DNA of 64,000 nt from Balanoglossus misakiensis (GCA_040954595.2 CM082581.2:7184699-7248698), one strand, 5' to 3'; numbered from the stretch's first letter, positions 39,552 through 53,900 are shown. Program-made: numbers and translations. Notes: generated from the letters alone by a model not told the origin.

Positions 39552-42500
39552 GCCTTCAGAACGGACCTGCAATTCGCCTAGACCGAGCACTCGGGATTAG
39601 TGGACTGAAACATCCGCGTCTCCTGTACTCCTTGCTTGAAAATCACCTCTCAAGTGCGCCGCGCTGTACCAGTCCTACAACTCCGGTCCGTGCTATTTCT
39701 CTAATGACCCCTGCCAAGCCGCGGCGAGTGAGTGTTTAATTTCTGAAATGCCCTTTGGCTCTGGGCGGCCGCTTGCTCGGCGTTTACTCCACAGCTTCCT
39801 CTCGGTAATTGGCGAACAAAACAGCCATGGTTTAAGATTTCCGTTCTCGGACAATGCCCCCGTCGCAAGGAAAGTAAACATGGGAAAAAAATCGCACGCG
39901 AAGTAAACAACACGCCAACGGGAAACTGTGTGTACGTACGATGTACGACCTATGGAACAAGTTCGAAAAATCCGAGTTGACAATTGAACCTATACTGCCC
40001 ATTCTGTGAAATGTAATATTTCGTAAACACAGTGGCCACACTAAAATTATCCATTTTCTTGTAAAGTATTTCAGAGAGTTGGTCACAAAGTACTTGGCCA
40101 CGTTCAAGTTTCTCACCGAATATGTACGCGTACTTTCTCTCTCCGCCTCCACGCGAAAAAATACGCCACCAGGCGGTCATGTGCGTAGTAAATAACATTC
40201 CACAAGTACAAGTGGCTGGCTGATTAAAAACAAGGCGTACGACTCAAGGCCCTATACATGTGTGATCCATATGAGTACTTCTACAATTTAATACATTTAT
40301 TTTGCAAAGACCGAATCCGCGAAAATTAGATGATGGACGTATTGATGTGTTATGTCCATGTGCGCGTCAACATTATATTAGGATAAATGCAAATTAGCCG
40401 CAGCCTTTAAATCCAACGGGCAACTTGACATACCATGCATTTACACTGATGTCCTCCTTCGACTTGTAAACTTGTAGGGTGGCTGTAAACAATATTTTCA
40501 TATTTCTGGTGCTGGCACGTCTATTTTTGTGTCACCGACAATACACACGCATATCAAATCTTTGAGGGGGTCTTGTTCTTCTGGAAAGTCTACGTAACAA
40601 TCGGGTATCATATGCCGGCCCTATATGAAACAAATCCGGCCGCGGGGTCAAGGGTTATCGTCTACTTTGAGTGCGAGCGATACAGAGCGCAATTGTGGTC
40701 CCACATTGTAATTTCCACTATATAAAAATCGACGCGGGATGTCGCGGCTCCGCAAGAGGACATTTGCAAGAATTCAGGCGTATTAACAGACCGCAAGTAT
40801 TTCAGACAAAACATTTTCATATTAAACTGATACTGAACAGTCAAATCGCTTTCAACCACGATATCTGTGCCATTCTCGTGAACCAGCGCCATCTATTCCT
40901 CTTCACGCTGAAACCGTTGCCGTAAAGAGGCACGGCAGTGATTTACGACGATGCTCTGTGCTTCATTCCCATCAGAAAAGATGCAAGTTGCGACAATGTG
41001 TCATCAATGACAAACGGCTTCCGGTCTGAGCTGTTTGTAACAATTTTTTGTCACATTATAGTGATTGAAACATGCCGTTAATTTAGCAAACATTAACTGC
41101 GTTGGGCAACGGCGTAGCATAATGTTGCGCCAGGACAGAGAATTTGCCACAATTAAGGTATAGCACCACTTGGCACTGGAAAACGAACAGAGGTCATTCA
41201 ACTTCCCTTTCTAATGTAAATTGTACCTGTGTTAATGCTGGGTGCTCACACTAAACCACTGTAACCCTGTACTAAAACTATACGATTAGAGTTCAATACC
41301 GGTAAAAATTCATTTTTCCATCGAGTGCAGTTTCTTGTCCGGCTCACTCAAGCATGGCGTACTAAATGCCCAGTCTTTTCAGCGGTTGAACACAGCTCAT
41401 ATATATGAGCACACTCACGACGTCATTGTTGTAAAACTGAATAACACGCCAACAATAGCAATGATTGTTGCACACAGAATGCCGAGTGTTTTTAGCATGC
41501 TATAGCGAGTGGAAAATGAAACTGTACTTGACACACAGCGTAAAGGTGCCGAAAAATATCCAAAGACACGGCTAATCGCATTCAGTCATGGCTGGAATTT
41601 CACGACAGGTCTTGGCCCGACCTGCACCTCTGCTGCGGACAACATGCACAACGTCACCGCAGGGCAAATTATTGCGACCAACGCAACCTTCGCAGTGCCT
41701 CGATAGGTCTCGGATGTGCCATGCATCGGATTTTCTTTTCATTTGGTCAAATCACTCCACCTTCAATCGCCCCCCACCTATTCACTCCTTTGTGTTTCCA
41801 TATAGTGGATAGCTGAAAATAGTCCTTTCTTCTGGACGTTGCAGGGGGCCAAGATTTGGCGGACAAAGACAATAGCGGGCCGTACACCGATGGTTGATAT
41901 CGGATTAATCGGTCAGAATGTGCACGGCTTAGAGTCCCTGTCACGCTATCCCTTTTTCCTGCTATTCACGCCAAGGAAACGATGGATAATAACACGGTTG
42001 ACTTCAATATTCAAATTCGGCCAACTTCCCTGTTAACTCGTCGGTTGTGATATAAGCATTGCGGGGTCCTTGAGAAATACTGCACATCATCATCATCATC
42101 ACCAAATTTCAAATACATGTTAAAACAGAGGCTAAGACAAAGCTACTTGTACAATTGCTATGCCTAAAACCACCTTACATGTATGTCTGAACCTTTGAAG
42201 GCAAAAGATCATCCATTTTCCAACATTATGCTGGTTATGTTTAACCTTTTAATAATAGATTACTTAATGTGATTCTCCATACTTAAACATGTTTGATGAC
42301 TGGGTAATTTTACCATTGGCTTCACAGCGAGAAATTTTCTTGTTTTCTCAAGTTTAGGTCTGTGTAGTCTGTGCGCATCTTGATTTTTAAATGCTAACAT
42401 TAACACCAATGCCAGTAACTTTAATTTCGAATTGAAATATAGAAGTCGTAAACTGCGAACAAAGCGCGGAATAATGACATCGTTTTATCACCGTCGTGAC

Positions 42501-43364
42501 TGGGAGCTGAAAAGCAGGGTGAATGGGGGGAGTCCGAAGAAGCCAACCGTCTCATCTTGCATTCGAATAAAAGATCTGCCTGCCTTTCTCTACCCATGGT
42601 TAGCGCACAATAGCGGTAATAAGTTGGGCAGGTGCCGGGGGTGTCAAATCAGAGGAGCATCATTGAAGGAAGGCTTTTCGCGCTGTGTGGTTTGCTCGCA
42701 GCCCGGACTTAGGGAACCCTGGTTGCCGCACGGGTTTTCCTTGAGACCGCGTCTGAATCGCGCGACACAATTGTAGGGCTAAACTGTGCGTTACCCACTC
42801 GCTGGTTTCAAACAATACCTTTTTATAGACAGCCTGAATAATTTTAATGCGATTCAGTTTCATATTCCCCGAGACCTGACCTCGAAAATGACCACACGCA
42901 GGTAAGGGAATAATAATAAACACCTGTGTGGGGGCCCTTGCAAAGGAGGGAGAAGTTACCAGCACGATTTTGACAGCGAAGCATGTGAGCACTGGTTTCC
43001 CTTGTCGACCGGTGGTTTAGCCAACATGGGATTCGCCAGGAATGCGTGCTGCTTGTTTCGCGTAAACAGTTCGTGCTTTGATCATTTAAGTCCCCGTCGG
43101 TGGGTCGATTTAACCAGGGGCAGGTTAATCGCGAAGAAATGACGGTTCTTGACAGTGCAATGCGCAATATGCGCTCGGTTATTTGGTCGTCGTCTCTCCG
43201 CCAAAGTTGCAACAATGCAGCGGTGGTGCGCGGAGGCCACGGTGTGACACAGGGCGCAGCGTGGGATGCATGTAAACACAGGCCGAGAGTAGTGCCCAGA
43301 ATGGCGAGCTTGCATGTGAGAGACACACGCCAGATCAGCGACACATTTAAAGTATACAACTTAC

Positions 43365-43576
43365 TTCTGGCCGAGGTTTCCCGGTCATGGCTCCCCAGAA
43401 GTCGCCGCCATCTGCGCGGCGGCGCAAATCAACCTGAAGTCGAGCTGCGCGGTGAACCCCGGTGCAATATGGTCACATCCCATACCACACGGTGGTGCCA
43501 GCAAACACGCCCATCAAACTCCCTCACGCGGTGGTGTAAAACTTGTCACCTTTAGTGTTGCAGTTGGTCACAAACC
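43365..43576 (-). other. Candidate non-coding spliced exon (212 nt)
   Basis: Minus-strand acceptor ttctacttcttttctcAG (43578-43577) and donor GTAAGT (43364-43359). Stops in all three frames near its 5' end. Confidence 0.4.
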
Positions 43577-43978
43577 CTGAGAAAAGAAGTAGAAGAAATC
43601 GGTGTGAATGAGATCACAGTACTGACAAGTCAAATTCTGCCTCTGTGAGAGGCAATTGCATTATTAATAAATTCACTTACCGGCCAGGGTAACTCGATAT
43701 GGGCAATTCAAAAGCATGTGTGCTCGCTCATATTTGCGCACGCACTGCCCACCTCGCGAACAACAGCAATGAATGATAATACCGGAAACGCTAAAAAGAT
43801 CTCACCGTCTTCAGTCCAAATTATCAAACAAGTCCGATTGAATAACTGAGCGGTAAATCTTCCCCTTTTTGTGAGCTAAGTCGCTCGTAATAACCTCTCT
43901 TGGGCCCGTTTCAGAAGAAGGGTACTAATTCACCACGAAGCTGTCACAGGCCATTTCTGAAGATTTGAGAGAGATTAA

Positions 43979-44773
43979 GATGGGTCCCTAGGATCTTTTT
44001 GCTCGTTGCTATGGGCCTTTATAGGACACTACACTCAATTTTGATCGAAACCGTTTTGAACATCCGACAAGGGGCTTGTAACTAGTTAAAAATGCACACG
44101 ATTGTGTGCACACCCCCTGTCCGAGTATGTTTAAGGCAGCTACCGCCCGGCCATAGGCCACCACGCTAATACGGCAAAGCAGCGGTCAGCGATAGCGTGC
44201 GCGTCCTGTAACCACAGTAACTGGATCGAACGCTAAAAATCCAATGTTTTGTACACAGAGATTTTGTACCGTTCACGAAAATCCCTAAGGCTTTTTTCAC
44301 AGGCGACGTAGGCCAGCCAAATTTGACCTGCTTGTTGAGAACGCACTTCCGCATAGTGTGACGGATCGTTTTTTCGGTTTTCGTCGCGCTAAGAAGCGAT
44401 ACCAGTGGAAGAGTGCGTCCAAAAACACCCAAAATCGATGACTTTTTCAGGTGTGATACGGGTATGCTGAAATCGTAGGATACAACGATAATATTCGAAA
44501 ACAAAATCCGTCACGATCTTCCCTGGTTCAAGCAACTAATGAATACGTATCAAGTTCGTTTTTGAGGTCACGGAATAAAAAGCCTTAGGCTTTTGAAATT
44601 TGACCTAACTAATTTGCATATCAATGGCGTCAGGGGGCGCGCGCTCACAATCGTGCGTATTTTCAACTAGTTACCAGCCCCTTGTTAGACTCTGAAAACG
44701 GCTTAGTCCAAATCGGGGTGTAATGTCCTATAAAGGCCCATAGCAACGGGCAAAAAGATCCTAGGGACCCATC
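43979..44773. mobile_element. Non-autonomous DNA transposon/MITE with ~140-bp terminal inverted repeats and TTAA flanks (Kolobok-like termini)
   Basis: Left end GATGGGTCCCTAGGATCTTTTTGCTCGTTGCTATGGGCCTTTATAGGACA is the reverse complement of the right end with one mismatch in the first ~50 bp. Similarity continues to ~44119 / ~44631. TTAA at 43975-43978 and 44774-44777. No transposase ORF. Confidence 0.88.
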
Positions 44774-44979
44774 TTAACTCGCCAGCGACAGTAATATGAT
44801 TTGTTGGTGTGCCAATAAAATAGTGTGCTTTGTTTCCCACACACGTGATGAGTTGGCGCTGTGAGAGAATTTGTCACACGTGATTTATTCAGACTTTCAT
44901 TTTTTGTGTGGAGGTGGGCGTGGCGGTTTCTGTATGTACACACATCAACATTTTAGTGTCTGGTGCAGCGAGCGCCGTC

Positions 44980-44993
44980 GTTCCCACGGTAAC
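44980..44993. promoter_or_regulatory. RFX X-box-like palindrome GTTCCCACGGTAAC
   Basis: Matches the RFX consensus. Motif match only. Confidence 0.3.
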
Positions 44994-47900
44994 AGCCAAA
45001 CACATCGCCGTATCTGTTTGCCTTTTTGCTTAGAAGGCATCGGTCTTTGAAAGACCGTTTTGGGCGACAGCAAGGTCTGTATAAAAATACAGTATTTGAA
45101 CAGTCAGCCTCTAACTTGCACGTGCACGACGGGCATGCGCAGTGAATAGTGCTCACCTTGAAACTTTGAAGTTGTTTTTTTCATGGGGGGGGGGGTCTTT
45201 CGGCCGAGAACAACTAACCCCGGTACAAGGTACCTTTTCGATTCCAAGCAATCAATGACATGCGATGAAAAAATGAATAGTGCAAAATTGTATGGCAAGG
45301 TTATAACGAGAGGGGGTCGGCTGGATAGATTGAGGGGTGGGGGTGGCAGGGCCATTTTACAAACTTGCCCTAGGGGAGGGTCACATTTAGGATTTGAAAT
45401 TTGGCAACATGGTGTCAAATTCCACTCTGTAACAGTAAAAATAAGTGAAGTCAAGTTGTTGTGCATCAGACGTGTCAAGGAGATTGTCATTTTCCCCCTG
45501 ATATGTGGTGACGCTAATCTAAATAGCATAACAAGTTCAATTTAACAAATTTGGAAGTAATATAACTGAAGAAACCAGAAGGTGCAGAGAATGTCAAAAA
45601 GCAATGTCCGTGTTGAAAACAATTATTTTCCACCCACTTTCATCAGGATACAAGTTTTGCTGGCCAAATTGCCCAAAGTTACAACGATAGTGGAGCTTTA
45701 ATGTGGCCACCGTGTTTACGCGACAGAATGTGGTGCATTGCACGTGTACACCAAGAGGGAAGATCCGTCAATCATTCCGGCGCGTACCAGCGAGCAGAAA
45801 AAATACGAAATGTTGCTTTTTGGTAATAAGCAAACAACCAATGAGAACAAATGGCGAATATTCTGTGACCTCTCTAACATATGTCGATTATCATGACAAA
45901 TGACACCACCACATACCACGGGGGTTGGCGCTCATTCAAGACGGGCAAACAATAACAAGCCCGGCGATGAAGACGTGGAAGGTCTTTGGCTGATGTAGAT
46001 CCAATTTGGGTGGTTTCTTCGTCGTCACTTCTCTCAGGTGGAGGCCACAATACTTTTTTCTTTGACTAGTCTACTGAACGACAAAAACAATGTTCGCGCC
46101 CGGGGCACTTTTTTTTTCTCGCGGGAGGCGGCGCCTCGCTGTAGCCGCACCATTTTGATGTTATGCACGATGTCGTCCCAACTTTTTTTTAGGTCGCGGG
46201 ATTCTTCAGTCGCCGGCCTAAGCACTTTCCATCGATCATAATTAGAATGAATAAATTAGCTTATCTGGTTATCTCCAATTTTAATATAAAGCTAAAATGA
46301 GATTTTCCCTCCAATTTATGAGGTCGGCGACCTTTTTTTCTACTTGTGCTAGGAAAAGATGACTCCAGCTGGTGAAGCGACGAAGTTTATAAAGTTTCTG
46401 TTCTATAAGAATCTACAATAAGTGCAATAATGCAGAAACTGTGGGTATTTTCTTTTGGCTGGCCCGGGCCGCGTTCACGTTATCTGCCCACGAAAACCGG
46501 ATTCTTTGGAAAAGGAAAAAAAAAAGTTCAATCAAACTCATATTTCTGTATTTTACACATGTAAAAGTGTGGGAAGTCGTTTGTTTGGAACACTTCTTCT
46601 CGCGAGAACTGCGACGAGATAATTCTCAATGAGAGGAGTCAATATACCTTGAATAAGTTGGCGTCAATCGGATCGGGAAAAACAAGCCCCGCGGGAACAA
46701 AAGATAGCGTTAGTGTGCATAATTTTCTATTCATTCGCCGTGTAAAAGTGTTTGAGCGTTGCGCAATGGTGTTGCGCAATGGCAGACAGTTACGATGCGG
46801 CCCAACATTGATTTCTGAATCACCTCATCACAGGTTGTCCTCGTTTCGGTGCGGTGGCCATTTTCTACCGCGGAACAACAGACGGTGGAAGCCGGCCCCC
46901 AAACAAATCTAAACACGGCTGGGGACGAAAACAAGACACAGCCCCTGCACAAATGCCCTGAGTGGGCGCATTTGAAAGTCATGAGTGTTGTAGCTTTGAG
47001 CACTGCTACCGTACAAGGGGGCACCTCTCGAGCACAAAGGGGAATCGATGAAAACACGGCAGCATATTGTCTAAACAGTCACAAAGTCCTCTATGTGGTT
47101 TCCGTCTTGTCCCCGTGTTCCGGGCCGAGCCCGAGCCTCAAATGGAACGGCGAACGCAACCGACGCCTTGCCCTTTCCTCTCGGCAGTCGCATCGACGGC
47201 ACCCGGTCCCCGTTTGACATTTTATAACGGTCTGATCGTAGGAAAATTAAAAGTTATGGGGATTATGGGATTTCGCCGACAACAAAAGAGCGGTAATAAG
47301 GTGACAATGGGGCCCAACAAAGAAAAACTAAGGGCCCGAGCCCTCTCAATTCTACGTGTCATGAACTACGAGAGGGAAACGGTTCCGGTCGGCATCAACT
47401 TCAGAATTCAAACAATAACCTTACCAAATATACAAATTGACCTGTCATTCGCCTACTCGCATCCAAACAGGGCCAAATCTCGGGAGCTTTCAGCCAAGGG
47501 TCTAGTGGGTGCAGCCATTCACTTACTCCGCGGATTCTCGGCAGCAGATTATGTACAGCTTGTGATTCTCGCTAAACAAATCTTCTCTATTCTGGAGCTT
47601 TTAAAGACTGTCAAGAATGTACCCTCTTAGCAAGCAGACTTGGATATTCTCTCAGCGCATATGGGTCGCCGGTTATATGTATATTCATACACTAATCGGA
47701 CAGAAATTGCTCCCACGCCCCGACATTATGATATAGTCTGAGAAAAATTAAAACAGCCGCGTACTCGACGCTCGATCCATGCCTGCTCAGAATGTTTGTT
47801 CGGGACATGAAGTGAGTAAGGATTTAATCCGCGGGTTTGTTTACAGGTTGAAAGTGAAATCAACTCGTGGACCAGCAGACGGGGGCGTTACGGGACAAAC

Positions 47901-49691
47901 ACACCATTAAAACATAGCGTATACGGAGCACGAAGCTGTTTAAGTAAGGGTTCACATGTACGTTGTGGGCTGGTTCCCCGCTCAATGCAGGTATAGAAAA
48001 CCTCGACGCGCGGTTTGAATGAATGAAAATTTCAAAAGGGAGAACAACAACGAGCTAGTAAATAGAGCGTCGTTGTTTAAGAGATTGGAACACATACCTT
48101 TTACCTCGGCTGTAGCGACTTGTCTTATGTCTGTGTGTGGCACCGCAAATGAACTCAGGTAAACCGGGCGCACACGTAACACCTGCCTGGCAATTGTGAG
48201 TACAGGTCACACGAAGCCAGGAGACCGTTTGTGTGTTTTGTTTTTTTTTCTCACGAGAAATCTTGACTGCCTGCGCTACTGGCAGACGCGTCCGGTGGCG
48301 ACACGCTGTGTCATTTGACGTGCGACGGTCGATCGCACTATATATACGTTTGTAGTTCTCAGTGCGGAGGGTCGGGCGTTGGTGTGAGCAGAGCGCCAAC
48401 TGGTGGACCCGTCCGGTTCTGAAGTTCGCCCTCGAGTACTGACTGCCCAGTGTGCTGCGGTGCGGTGGCTAGCTGTCCTAAGGTCTGTTACGTAAGTTAC
48501 AGACTAGCTCTACGCCCAGGAAGAAAAGGCCGCACAAAAGCACAGCAATTTCGCCCCGTTTACGACCCTTTGTTGAGTCAAAATGGCGATCTCAAAGCCG
48601 CACACACAAACCTGTCCCCAAAGAAAATAATGCCCCAAAATTAATTGCTGAGAAAATATTTGGATTACTTTCGGCCTTTTGTCATGCACGCATGCAAGAC
48701 CTTCCTCATGAATATGAATCTGTCAAGTGAGTGTTTGAAATCACTCAATTTGACTGCCACCTTTTTTTTGCTGGACTAATGCAGCTTAAACACCATAGCC
48801 GTTCTCAATTTTAATGTTATTGACATCTTCGCTGTTTACAACTCGCTCCAACAATTCGAACCCCACTGGGAGATGTATATACACAGCATTACCGAGGTCG
48901 CCAACCCGACACTGTGACAACAACGCGACGCCCTAGCATTCCCAGGCCGGCCTTGTGAGCCATACAGCTTCGAATTCGCAGAATCGTCGTGCAAATCAAA
49001 CAAAAACACTTTCTGATCAACAACATCCCTCTGTGTGCGTGGATTCAGACGATGGACTTCTTGAAATTCGATTGAACCAGGACAATTTATTCATACTTGG
49101 TAACTAACTTCCCACCTTTCCAAACATGTTTCGCGCTCATCGAAAAAAAATTGTCTCTCTCAGCTGTAAAATCGATTTATCGATCAACCTGTCTTGCGAT
49201 CGAGGTCTCTAGTGGCCGTAAGACAATGGGTCGTTTTTAAATGCGCTTGTCCACTTTTTATTTTGCCGCAATCATTTTCCAGTTAACCCCCTTTTGAACC
49301 CACGCAGAAATCGAAATGTTCAGACAGAGTGGTTTTTAATTACAAAATGTTCCCCGGCGAAAAAAACACCTGTCCGTCGCCGCGGCCGTCCTCGAGGAGT
49401 TTTGTTTACTCGCGCACGGCGTTCGCCCGGGCAGCTGAGTCGTGTGAGCGCACCGCGGCGGCGGTTGAAAGCGCGGTCAGAAAATCCGCACGCACGTACA
49501 GGTGATGCTATTTTTGTCAGCATGCCCCGAAGACTTGGCTGGCTCATGAAATATTAGTGCGGCTTCACAATTGTGAGAAAGGCCAGTGATGGTGATATGT
49601 GAACTGCGGGGCACACAGGCCAATACCCTCTGCGTACCTCCGCAGTCCGATTCAACCGTGCGAAAAAGTGGCCTGCCAAAACACAAAGTTA

Positions 49692-49692
<1 letters not shown>

Positions 49693-49727
<35 letters not shown>

Positions 49728-49738
49728 CGGCAACAACA
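49693..49738. repeat. (CAA)n microsatellite
   Basis: aacaacaacaac... about 12 perfect units, then degenerate. Confidence 0.92.
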
Positions 49739-50878
49739 TCTCCGCACTTGAAGCTAACGAAAACAAAATAAAACTGACGATCTCATCTGTCATAATCTTT
49801 ACAATTTCTGCTACAGGGTGACATGTAATTTTTTAGTATCTCCATCATAATATCAGGGGAGAGGATCTTTACGAAAAGGTACACGTAACGATGGAAGAAG
49901 GGTGATGTTAGAGTAGATTGATTGATTCGTAAGACAAAGGCAACTGTGCAAATAAATTATGCTAAACACAAAGACGCAACCTGTTTATTTCGCAAATCGC
50001 ACAAAACACCCTTAAATGTCTTGTTTGGGGTATCGATTCAATTCTGTATTGCCATCTTGGGTGGATGGGCACTGATCCCAGGAACAATGGCAACACATGT
50101 ATTTACGGAACGGTACAGGGACCGTATTAACGGTTTCTTCTTGAGACGATTGTGTAGTTTGCTAGCACTTCATCCGCCGGAAATGACGTTTTTTTGCTGG
50201 TGTTATTAAGCTCTAACTTTGGCAGTTTGTTGGGTGGGGGGGGGGGGGCACATTGCAGTGACTCGCTCACATCCATCGGAACGCAAGTTAAGAAAACATA
50301 GTATACGCAACACAGCCAGAACAACTTAAAGATTTTGAACTATTTCCAATGCAAAATATGGCTTTCTTCACATTTGTTTTCCGGGTGAGAATTCAACCCT
50401 AGATGCACACAAAACAAACTGTGACTATTTAGCTGTGAGATTATCTCTTCTTTTAAGTGCTTTCTCGCGTCAGTACTTGGAGTCAACATTGGAAACGACG
50501 ACTCCTGCTTGTTGGGGGCCGACGGCAAGATAAATTGAAAAGCACACATTTGCTTTGGAAACGTCGGAACAATGGAAGCATTCGTAGAAAAATATGTAAG
50601 CTATTGTAAGCGCTTGTTGATGTCACACACAACTTTGTTGAAAGTACTAGTCTTCTAATGATTTACGTCACTGCAAACTAGAGCTTCGCACCATTCCTTT
50701 CAAACACTGAAGCTCCGATTCTTCAATTCGGAGTGACAAGCCCACCAGTAGGTGATCATGTTGAATGTCAAAAGAGCGGACATTGGTCGAGTAGGGATTT
50801 GAGCGCCATCTACGACCATTCTTACTCAGCCCTGCTGAATTTTTTCCATGTGCAAACTGTGTCCACCACATGCCTCCG

Positions 50879-50927
50879 CCACCACCGCCACCACCACCAC
50901 CACCACCACCACCAACAACAACAACAA
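50879..50927. repeat. Compound (CCA)n(CAA)n microsatellite
   Basis: ccaccaccgccaccaccaccaccaccaccaccaccaacaacaacaacaa. Confidence 0.9.
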
Positions 50928-53900
50928 TTCGTTTTCATCAACATCTGTACAATAATTGAAAAACAAAAACAATTACAAGATGAACGCAGTGTTTTTGCCT
51001 AGATGTACTAGTTTTTATCTCACCATCAAAATCGACAAGTTTGGATATTTATGGAACTCTCTTCATCTATTGACAGGTCTCCTCTCCAGAAAACTTATAC
51101 AAAGCAACGACAGCAAGAAAAGCAGACAGAAATGGAGACAGCGGACGGAACGAAGAATGAAGGAAGGAGGAAAAGAAAGGATATCTCGAGAGAGACGTGT
51201 TTATGAAATTGGTAAGCAAAAAATTCTGAACACCTATAAGCTTACCTGACTTGTGTTTCTCTGAAACGGCGCCCTCTGTAGGTACATGTAGGTAAACTGG
51301 TTGTGTTGGCCGTGCAGTTTGTTACGGCGAGACGAAAGCGTGAATGAGTTCTAGTACAAATTCTACAATGCAAGTATTAAATTGATAATTAATCTCACAT
51401 TTTTTCAATAGGAGAAATGTTCCGTTCACAGTGACGTCAACCCTTTGCTCGAGAGCTGATGAGCTTTAACATTGGTGATTAAAGTTTTGCGGGAGTGAGA
51501 TAGAGAGAGCCTGTGTGGTCGAAGGTGAGCTTGATCTGGAATAGATACTGTCTAAAAATACCCCCTTCCCAAATATGACGAGATAACGACGTTTGCGGGA
51601 AAAGACCCCGACATATGTTCTGTGGAATTTTCAGATTTTACTCCGGGGTTATTTTTATGCAAGAGTGGTTGCTGCCAGCCACGAATCAATGATTTCCGGT
51701 GTAATTTATGGATAGCTTCCGGCGATGACACATGTTTCGGATTGTCCGTCCAGATATGAATGGGAATACTTGTATGTTATTCTGAATTGAACTTCGTGAC
51801 CCGCGGATTCCTTTGGTTCGTGATATATTTCACCTGCTCTTGGTCTGCAGTCTGGTCCCCATCCCCAGTTCCAATATCTCGGGTTTGGCCGGTGGGGGCA
51901 TCAGTCGTTTTGGAGGCTCTGTTACTGACTGACACCCGTTGGCGGCCAGGCACTTTCTCGACATACTAAGTCGAAAGTGTCCGACTTCAGCTGCACCTAA
52001 ATCCGCCATATAAACGCATATACAATAATAACTGTCGCTCTCCTGTCCCAATCAGGACAGCAGCAATATACATGGAAAGTGACTCGTGTGATTCGTCTGA
52101 ATAAAAAACTGCAACCTTTTTTTTCACTTAAGGCATCGCCTTTCTGTGGGTCCAGGCCTGGACAGCACATCGACGGTTATTTGAACGTGCTTTCGGAGGC
52201 GCCGCCGCTACCAAAGCCGGACATTCTCGAAATACACCGAGGACTACACGTGACCAGGGTCTCCAACTTGTTACACAGGTCAGTTCATCATTACTTTCTG
52301 ACCAATCGGTGTCCAAGATTATCGGACACCTGTTTAGGTCTATCATATAAGGTGTATAGTCCATGGGGTCAGATAAGGGAGATTTGGTGGTGAAAAGCAA
52401 TGATATGTCTCGCTGTCAATAAAATCCTAGACAGGAGGAAAAGAATCGATTCAATCATTGTGTATAGCCGCGACGCATACCCCGATGCCAAACTAGCATT
52501 ATGGCGCCGCCAGCGTTGTGGTTTATCCTAACTGTGGCGATATGGAACATTGTTTATTTTTTCGCTGTATCGCTCGTGTTTTCAAGATAACTACGGCGCC
52601 AAATATTGGTGATAGGCAGGAGGGGTTAAGAGGTAGTTATACATTCTCCATAAAATAGTTCCAAGTTTTGTAGTAATAGAAGTCTTGATAAAATAGCTAT
52701 TTTAAAAATAGTAGACTTTCTTGAAAGTGGACGTTTTAAGTAAAACACACGGAATCAACAACACGGCCATGTGTGCCAACGACCATACTTTTAGTCAGTG
52801 TTATCGCGAAAATTGACAACCTGTGGAAGGGTTTATTCCGACCACAGATAACGTACAGAATGCGGTCGTTACGACGGTCACGCCAGTATGTACAAGCAGA
52901 AATCAAATCTGTAGACGTGCTCGTGCGCCCCCAATAGTGCAAAAGTAATATTCTTTTGTCTCTATCAGCCCCCCCCCCCCCAAGTGTGTGTGGAGGGACT
53001 GTGATTTCGCTGACATATTCACACCCGCACTCCCACGCACGCACAGAACACACCTTGAGACAAATATGTTGATATAAGACTAAATGCCTGTCCTGTAATA
53101 TCCTTTTTCACCAAGGATGTCTATTAAAAAGAGCGACAAATTAAACTGAAGTGGTAGTTAGGCGTTTTGTTCAATTGAACGACCTCCACAATTAATGCCA
53201 GTTTTATGGCCAGTTTCATGACTTTTTCCAAATATTTAACTCCGTTTGATGACCGAACGAGTTGTTTCGGCGCCCTATTGATAGCAATTTTATTTTTAAC
53301 TGTTTTTATCATTCGTCTCACCGACCTGTTTATCGAGCTGTTGCCAAATGATTCGGCACCGCCTTTGTCACAAACGGCCGCCAAAGGTACGCGTCATCAC
53401 GTGAAGGATTCGGAGCTCGACGGCGGGAACTTTCGGGTAGAGAGTTCGAGTCGGCGACTCCTTCGACCTCACTCAGGCTGCCAGCGAGAGCTTGTCTCCC
53501 CGAGTGCAGTAGTGTACCCGGGCGCGGTAAACAAGGATACCGTTGCGGTTTCCCGATGATATTATTGCGTCGTCCATGCGCCCAATTTGACCCCGATTGC
53601 CTTGTTGACCGTCCCCCGAGCTCTTCAGTCACCCCGACAAATTCCAAGGAGCGGTGGCGGTTGTCGCAGCACCGGCGATGCTTTGACTCTGTCAGTACAG
53701 CCACCACCAGGGTGTCGCTTCGGTCATTTCATTCCAAACCAGAACGGGGTACAATCGTAACTTTGGAGTGCACGAGAACCGCCTCTCTTAATTTGTACTC
53801 GAGGTCGCGCAAAACAAGTTTATTCGGCCATTGGACGCCCATAAACTTCGTATTGGCGGGTAAAAAGTCAATAATGAGCTCGTTTACGAGTATCTTGACA

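Noticed and set aside
47067-47630. 187 aa + strand ORF
   Set aside because: Non-ATG start, no motif or codon bias evident.
53206-53559. 117 aa ORF with a transmembrane-like segment
   Set aside because: The hydrophobic stretch derives from T-rich DNA; no splice or homology support.
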